The notes under the pieces were generated by a model. It made no database searches and was not told the DNA's origin. It saw nothing but the letters and a program-made list of their open reading frames with translations. A stretch of DNA of 20,000 bases, from the IMG/VR virus record IMGVR_UViG_3300031857_000030, one strand, 5' to 3'. Origin of the DNA: an uncultured virus (IMG/VR IMGVR_UViG_3300031857_000030). Its lineage: Duplodnaviria; Heunggongvirae; Uroviricota; Caudoviricetes. The translations under genes were made by a program, and so were the position numbers. Positions 15,628-20,000 of the stretch are shown piece after piece (position 1 is the stretch's first letter; each line of letters starts with the position of its first letter).

Positions 15628-17511
15628 TTAAACTCCATACATCAATGGATTAATGAAGTAAATTTTATCACTAGTGTTTAACGGAGTAATACTGTAGTCA
15701 TTAAATTTGTTATCTCCAAACTTTCTAATGGATGGAGAACCTTGTGTATCTATCAAATAACTTTCATTGGTATATGCATAGCTACTCGGTAAATTAAGAC
15801 TAGTTAAGATCATTGGCCTTGATGGATGTGATAAGACGCCTCCTTTAAAACCTATTCTGTAAGTATTTCCGTCTAAATCTACAGAAAAAGGAATGTCTGT
15901 ATTTTGACCCCACCAAGTTTCTATATCTTCAATATAAACAGTTACTTGATTTGTTATTACATCAAATTGACAAAGATCATAAATATAAGTGTCTGTTTCC
16001 AATGTGATATCAGTTACGTTAAACTCAGTGACATCTCCAGTTGCTCCTACATTCACTACCTTGACTATTATAGTATTTCCACCTGATTCTTGAACAGTTA
16101 TTAAATCATTTGCTTGATAATCCTGTCCATTAGGTGAGATAAAAGTAGTACCACTTGGATTACCTAAAGAATCAAAAACTTGTAGATATTGGAATCCGGT
16201 ACCTGTTCCTGTGGTTGATTGTTGTGTGAAGTTAAAACTACCATCTGCAAATTCAACTCGTGGGAAATTATTCGATCTTGGCTTAGAACTTCTTACATAG
16301 TTTACTTTAGTAACATCCCACCAACTGTCTTCTATATTTCCGCCTGATACATTATATTCTATTGGTCCAGAATCATTTACTTCTTCTAAAGTTCCACTGT
16401 CAATAGAGTCTAATTTTCTTGATCCAACTTCGGTGTAAGCGATAATTTGACCATCATTATTTAATTCTACACTATATCTTAAATATCTGTTGTTAGTATC
16501 GGCATTCCAAGGTAATAACGTAAATACAAGATTTGTTACCTCAGAAACAACCACTTTTTGTGGATTCAACCAAAAGTTATTAATTAAAAAGCTATTACTA
16601 TTTGAATTAATTTTAAGGGTAGCTAAACCATCACCAGCATCTACTGTTACAATATCTCCAGATGTGTAACCAGTTCCTGGATTATTTACTATTGGATTAT
16701 TTATGATGCCTGAAATTTCAGAAATTCTTACTTTAATCGATCCAGCATAAGGATCATTTGTTGTAATAACTTCATCAATTACAAAGTTACCACCACCAGC
16801 TGTTATTGAGTAGCTTGAAATATTTCCAATTGAGTCAAATATCACGTCAAATCCTAATGTCCCACCATTTCCTGTTGTAGATGCTTGTGTAAATGTTACT
16901 GTTTGATTAGCATAAGCCTCTAGTGGGAAATTATTAGAAGGAGTGACATTATCAAAATCTAATTGAACAGCGATTGCGCCATTAATATCAACAGTTAATC
17001 CTGTACCTGAACCACCAATTGTAGGAACATTATTTTCACTAGTATAATTTTTACCTTCTGTAATGATCTCAGATATATCATTAACTGTTCCAAAATCTGA
17101 ATAATAGTCTGTGACATCTATATTAAATTCTTTAATAGGATCAAACCCATCAACAAATCTTAGGTAAGCTCCGTCTTCTTTGAATATTCCTATAAATATT
17201 GGCGTTGTTAAATTTTCATTGAAATAGTCATGATTTTCTAACTTAGCTCTCATATAAGTTAGATGAAAATTAGAATTTCCTATCTTAAAACTACCATAAT
17301 AGTCCGTTGGATAAGCACTATAAGTTCCAATTGTGTAATTTTGTTGATCCGAAATTAGAGTTGTTGATTCAACATTTTTATCATATCTGTATTCTACTAA
17401 TTCATCATCGACAAGTGAAATCTCATTTTTGTCGTTTAATTTTAAATATTTGAATCCATCTGGTGCTAAATCTCTATCAACTCCTTTTTTTAATAAAATT
17501 CTTCTAGCCAT
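15628..17511 (-). CDS. Putative virion structural protein (fibre or baseplate-like; Gly/Thr/Asn-rich beta repeats)
   Basis: TIGGSGTGLTVDI, NPGTGYTSGDIVTV and NGQDYQANDLITV repeats typical of T4-like structural proteins; MARRILLK N-terminus; late-type motif upstream. Confidence 0.6.
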   Translation of the reverse strand: MARRILLKKGVDRDLAPDGFKYLKLNDKNEISLVDDELVEYRYDKNVESTTLISDQQNYTIGTYSAYPTDYYGSFKIGNSNFHLTYMRAKLENHDYFNENLTTPIFIGIFKEDGAYLRFVDGFDPIKEFNIDVTDYYSDFGTVNDISEIITEGKNYTSENNVPTIGGSGTGLTVDINGAIAVQLDFDNVTPSNNFPLEAYANQTVTFTQASTTGNGGTLGFDVIFDSIGNISSYSITAGGGNFVIDEVITTNDPYAGSIKVRISEISGIINNPIVNNPGTGYTSGDIVTVDAGDGLATLKINSNSNSFLINNFWLNPQKVVVSEVTNLVFTLLPWNADTNNRYLRYSVELNNDGQIIAYTEVGSRKLDSIDSGTLEEVNDSGPIEYNVSGGNIEDSWWDVTKVNYVRSSKPRSNNFPRVEFADGSFNFTQQSTTGTGTGFQYLQVFDSLGNPSGTTFISPNGQDYQANDLITVQESGGNTIIVKVVNVGATGDVTEFNVTDITLETDTYIYDLCQFDVITNQVTVYIEDIETWWGQNTDIPFSVDLDGNTYRIGFKGGVLSHPSRPMILTSLNLPSSYAYTNESYLIDTQGSPSIRKFGDNKFNDYSITPLNTSDKIYFINPLMYGV

Positions 17512-17518
17512 AAATTTA

Positions 17519-17552
17519 GTTTCAATTTAAATGTATATATTAAAATTGAAAC
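17519..17552 (-). promoter_or_regulatory. TTAATATATA putative late promoter (17534-17543) enclosed by a perfect 10-bp inverted repeat
   Basis: GTTTCAATTT (17519-17528) and AAATTGAAAC (17543-17552) with a 14-nt loop, 7 nt from ATG 17511. Confidence 0.6.
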
Positions 17553-17560
17553 AAATATTT

Positions 17561-18022
17561 TCATATACCTAAATCTTTTAGTTTCATTTGTCTTAACCAA
17601 TCTTTTAAACCATACTTTTTTCTATTCATATTAAATCCTGACATAAAACCATCATGATTGAAATGGTATTTCATATTATCAATTAGTGACTCTATTTCTT
17701 TATCTAACTCTTCTTCGGTTTCTTTTTCGATAAACGGTCTATAAATATTATAAGTTATTGGTCTATCTCCGTTTTGGTGTATTTGATCTCCGCAAGTTAT
17801 CTCAATTCTCCAAAGGTGTCCAAATTCCCAATATCTAGTATCCATAGAACGTATAAGAAAGAAAAGTCCTTCGGTATCTTTTTCATCAGAATAAAAGAAA
17901 AGACAAGCACCACCCCAATCTGATTTAATCTTATCAAATGTATGAGATAAGTTATGACCGTTCAAATCGATACCTGGAAGTGAGTTAATAGTATCAACTA
18001 ATCGTTTATATAAATCTTTCAT
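17561..18022 (-). CDS. Hypothetical protein with C-terminal tag (LRQMKLKDLGI)
   Basis: 153-aa ORF, last gene of the ATGA-coupled array. Confidence 0.8.
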   Translation of the reverse strand: MKDLYKRLVDTINSLPGIDLNGHNLSHTFDKIKSDWGGACLFFYSDEKDTEGLFFLIRSMDTRYWEFGHLWRIEITCGDQIHQNGDRPITYNIYRPFIEKETEEELDKEIESLIDNMKYHFNHDGFMSGFNMNRKKYGLKDWLRQMKLKDLGI

Positions 18023-18228
18023 AATCCTAAATCATTTAATCTTTTATCACGCATTTCTTCAATAGTAATAAAATGTGTATCTAAAAACTCCCTGATATAA
18101 CCATCATCACATTTTATCTTGTACCAAGTTGCATTAAATTTTCTTTCAACTATTTCGGCAATATACTCCTTACCATTTGTAATATGGTAATCTTTAAGAT
18201 TAGTACCCTTTTTTAATTTAACAATCAT
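18019..18228 (-). CDS. Small SH3-like protein with C-terminal tag (MRDKRLNDLGL)
   Basis: ITNGKEY...WYKIKCDDG...F; similar to its two upstream neighbours. Confidence 0.8.
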   Translation of the reverse strand: MIVKLKKGTNLKDYHITNGKEYIAEIVERKFNATWYKIKCDDGYIREFLDTHFITIEEMRDKRLNDLGL

Positions 18229-18428
18229 ATACCTAATTCATTTAATTTATCTTGTCTTAATTGACTTACTATATTAAAATTCCAATAACAAAAAAGTGTG
18301 TTATCAAATCCACTTAGTTTATAATAAATTTGATTATGAACACATTCAACTCTTTCAACGAAATAGGTTTTACCTACTTCTAAAACTTTACCACCATTTG
18401 GTTCATTATTTCTACATACTACAAGCAT
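18225..18428 (-). CDS. Small SH3-like protein with C-terminal tag (LRQDKLNELGI)
   Basis: VVCRNN...LEVGKTYFV...YYKL...F. Confidence 0.8.
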   Translation of the reverse strand: MLVVCRNNEPNGGKVLEVGKTYFVERVECVHNQIYYKLSGFDNTLFCYWNFNIVSQLRQDKLNELGI

Positions 18429-18637
18429 AATTCATTTAGTTTTTCTTCTCTTATTTCATCTATTGTTTTAAAGTAAGACTTAGATAGGTTTGCCTCATAT
18501 CCCCCTCTCCAATCAATAGTATAGTAAGTATCATGTTCTTCTAATACCTCATACCACTGACCAATCGTTAACATATCGTATGCACTGAAAGAAGACCATT
18601 CACCACTATAATCATTAGTAACACAAATGACTTTCAT
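18419..18637 (-). CDS. Small SH3-like protein with C-terminal tag (IREEKLNELCL)
   Basis: KVICVTN...LTIGQWYEV...YYTI...YF. Confidence 0.8.
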   Translation of the reverse strand: MKVICVTNDYSGEWSSFSAYDMLTIGQWYEVLEEHDTYYTIDWRGGYEANLSKSYFKTIDEIREEKLNELCL

Positions 18638-18930
18638 TTTAATATCTTTTCTAATTTACTATCACGACATTCATACACCTTTATATCTTCATCTTTGAAG
18701 TCACCGTTTTGTAGTTTCATTTGGACTTTGATGTAATCTTCTGCTTCTTTTAAAGTATTTCGACTTACAGGTTCCCCATTCCAACTATCATAAGAAGAAT
18801 AAGTCCTTTCTCTACACCATCTCCAAACTGGTTCTTTTTTCCACCATACTTTTTTCTCATACATCACATAGTAATTATTAACTGGTTTATCACTTGAAAT
18901 GTATGTTTTCTTTACTACTTTATATCTCAT
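18634..18930 (-). CDS. Hypothetical protein with C-terminal tag (RDSKLEKILK)
   Basis: 98-aa ORF with ATGA overlaps. Confidence 0.8.
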   Translation of the reverse strand: MRYKVVKKTYISSDKPVNNYYVMYEKKVWWKKEPVWRWCRERTYSSYDSWNGEPVSRNTLKEAEDYIKVQMKLQNGDFKDEDIKVYECRDSKLEKILK

Positions 18931-19160
18931 ACAATACCTTTTAATTTAAATTCTCTTATATTATCAGTTCCTATTATTAGTTCATCTTCTGGGTATTCAA
19001 TACCATCAGAAAGAACATAAAACCTACCTAAAGATTTATTCTTAAATTCTTTTGTTTCTAAATCATCAAAGCTAAAACTGGAAGTAACCTGTGATTTCAT
19101 CCAGTTTTCTTTTATATCTAAAATCTGACCGGTTTCTTTTATAAGTGCTTTTTCTTTCAT
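18927..19160 (-). CDS. Hypothetical protein with C-terminal tag (IREFKLKGIV)
   Basis: 77-aa ORF with ATGA overlaps. Confidence 0.8.
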   Translation of the reverse strand: MKEKALIKETGQILDIKENWMKSQVTSSFSFDDLETKEFKNKSLGRFYVLSDGIEYPEDELIIGTDNIREFKLKGIV

Positions 19161-19501
19161 AGTATTTTGTTTATTTTATTATCTCTTAAAAAGGATTTAA
19201 AAGCTAACTTAAATTGTTCCTGTGAAGTTATTGTTGTGATAATCATATTCTTTACTCCTTCTTTTCCTATTTGGTAGACCAATTCGCTATATTGCTCATA
19301 AAGATTAGTTAGGTTAATTTGCAACTTACCATACTCAAAAGTAAGTTTATCGTTTTCTAATACCATATGATTATAAAGAAAAGAGAGTTCAATCATTTTA
19401 TCTAATTGTTCTTTACTAAACCCATGAGCATTATTACCAGCTAATATCCAGTCTAAGTTATCTTTTATAAAAAGATCTGTATCATCTAAAAAATGTTTCA
19501 T
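19157..19501 (-). CDS. Hypothetical protein with C-terminal tag (LRDNKINKIL)
   Basis: Start moved from TTG 19534 to ATG 19501 (MKHFLDD), which forms the ATGA overlap with an upstream tag remnant. Confidence 0.75.
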   Translation of the reverse strand: MKHFLDDTDLFIKDNLDWILAGNNAHGFSKEQLDKMIELSFLYNHMVLENDKLTFEYGKLQINLTNLYEQYSELVYQIGKEGVKNMIITTITSQEQFKLAFKSFLRDNKINKIL

Positions 19502-19594
19502 ATTCCTAGTTCTTTTAATTTCTTTTCTCTCCAATCATCCTCTTAAGTCTAATTGTAGGTGACCTATTGCTGTTTTTAATTCTTCTACATTCAT
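19498..19594 (-). pseudogene. Out-of-frame gene remnant: MNVEELKTAIGHLQLDLRG* joined to DDWREKKLKELGI*
   Basis: ATG 19594 opens 19 codons. A perfect C-terminal tag follows in the +1 frame with no start of its own. Confidence 0.65.
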
Positions 19595-19599
19595 AACCA

Positions 19600-19607
19600 C
19601 AAATATA
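19600..19607 (-). promoter_or_regulatory. Bacteroidota sigmaA -7 element TATATTTG
   Basis: TAnnTTTG just downstream of a terminator and 5 nt before ATG 19594; heads the tagged array. Confidence 0.65.
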
Positions 19608-19624
19608 ACAATTATATTTAAAAT

Positions 19625-19656
19625 AAAAAAACCTCACTGATTATTCAGTGAGGTTT
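19625..19656 (-). terminator. Intrinsic terminator after the SPFH gene
   Basis: AAACCTCACTGA-ttat-TCAGTGAGGTTT, ending in a T7 tract on the minus strand. Confidence 0.88.
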
Positions 19657-19675
19657 ACTATAATTTTTTTTATTA

Positions 19676-20000
19676 TTACTTAATGTTTAAGAATGTTCCA
19701 CTTGAGCCAGCAATTGTAGTTGGAAGTTTCCCATCCCACGCATTTGCTTTCAAGTATTCGATGTATAGTGGAGACAACTCAGTTTGTTTAATTCTAATAG
19801 CTTTTGCTGCTGCTTGTGCGTTGATAATAGTTTCTGCACTATCTGCTCGAGCGACTGCTACTTTTCTTTCACCATCTGCTTTAGCTGCGATTGCTTGTTG
19901 ACGAGAAGCTTCAGCTTGTTGAATAGCTTTTGTTTTAGCGACAATAGATTCTTGAAGAGCCTCTGGTGGTGTGATATTAGTTCTTAACTGAGAAACATCA
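19676..20000 (-). CDS. SPFH/Band 7/prohibitin-family protein, C-terminal part (5' end outside window)
   Basis: Not in the ORF track. ...DVSQLRTNITPPEALQESIVAKTKAIQQAEASRQQAIAAKADGERKVAVARADSAE...LSPLYIEYLKANAWDGKLPTTIAGSSGTFLNIK*; Ala/Glu-rich coiled coil and WDGKLP signature. Confidence 0.88.
   Translation of the reverse strand, partial: DVSQLRTNITPPEALQESIVAKTKAIQQAEASRQQAIAAKADGERKVAVARADSAETIINAQAAAKAIRIKQTELSPLYIEYLKANAWDGKLPTTIAGSSGTFLNIK

Noticed and set aside
14792..16086. Plus-strand ORFs 14792..14995 and 15904..16086
   Set aside because: Antisense to GT25 and the 627-aa gene.
19535..19537. TGA read-through or alternative genetic code joining ATG 19594 to the 19157..19534 ORF
   Set aside because: TGA is the normal stop in many ATGA overlaps, known proteins are intact in code 11, and the +1-frame tag explains the region better.
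17561..19540. Tagged array as an integron-like cassette array or CRISPR
   Set aside because: Genes overlap with no intergenic attC-like palindromes or identical DNA repeats, no integrase or cas gene is present, and conservation is at the peptide level.
19683..19987. Plus-strand ORFs 19683..19901 and 19784..19987 (Cys-rich)
   Set aside because: Antisense to the SPFH gene; the Cys/Ala richness comes from its GCA/GCT codons.
1..20000. tRNA, rRNA or transposase genes
   Set aside because: None recognised; intergenic gaps are short and AT-rich, with no cloverleaf or T-loop signature seen.

Overview
AT-rich, gene-dense segment that most likely comes from a large or jumbo tailed phage infecting a Bacteroidota (Flavobacterium-like) host. 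The evidence is a Bacteroidota-type primary sigma factor, TTTG-N19/20-TAnnTTTG promoters, no consistent Shine-Dalgarno motif seen, many short hypothetical genes with ATGA overlaps, and host-like genes (paaA, terC, sigma70) sitting without their usual operons. No capsid or terminase gene is in the window, so phage origin is inferred. Recognisable genes: sigma70, HAD phosphatase, lone paaA, TerC, an OmpA-C-domain protein, a partial SPFH protein, and a co-oriented cluster of a fibre-like protein, GT25, RgpF-like fusion, GT2 and three sulfotransferases. The most striking unexplained pattern is two short peptide tags on unrelated proteins, each tracking a promoter class. A C-terminal R-[DEQ]-x-K-[LI]-x-x-[LI]-(G)-[IL]-stop tag ends about 10 genes behind host-type promoters. 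An N-terminal M-[KR]-x-[LI]-[KR]-x-F-[EN]-[ED]-F tag starts about 6 genes behind a TAATATATA motif. All assignments were made by eye, with no database searches.
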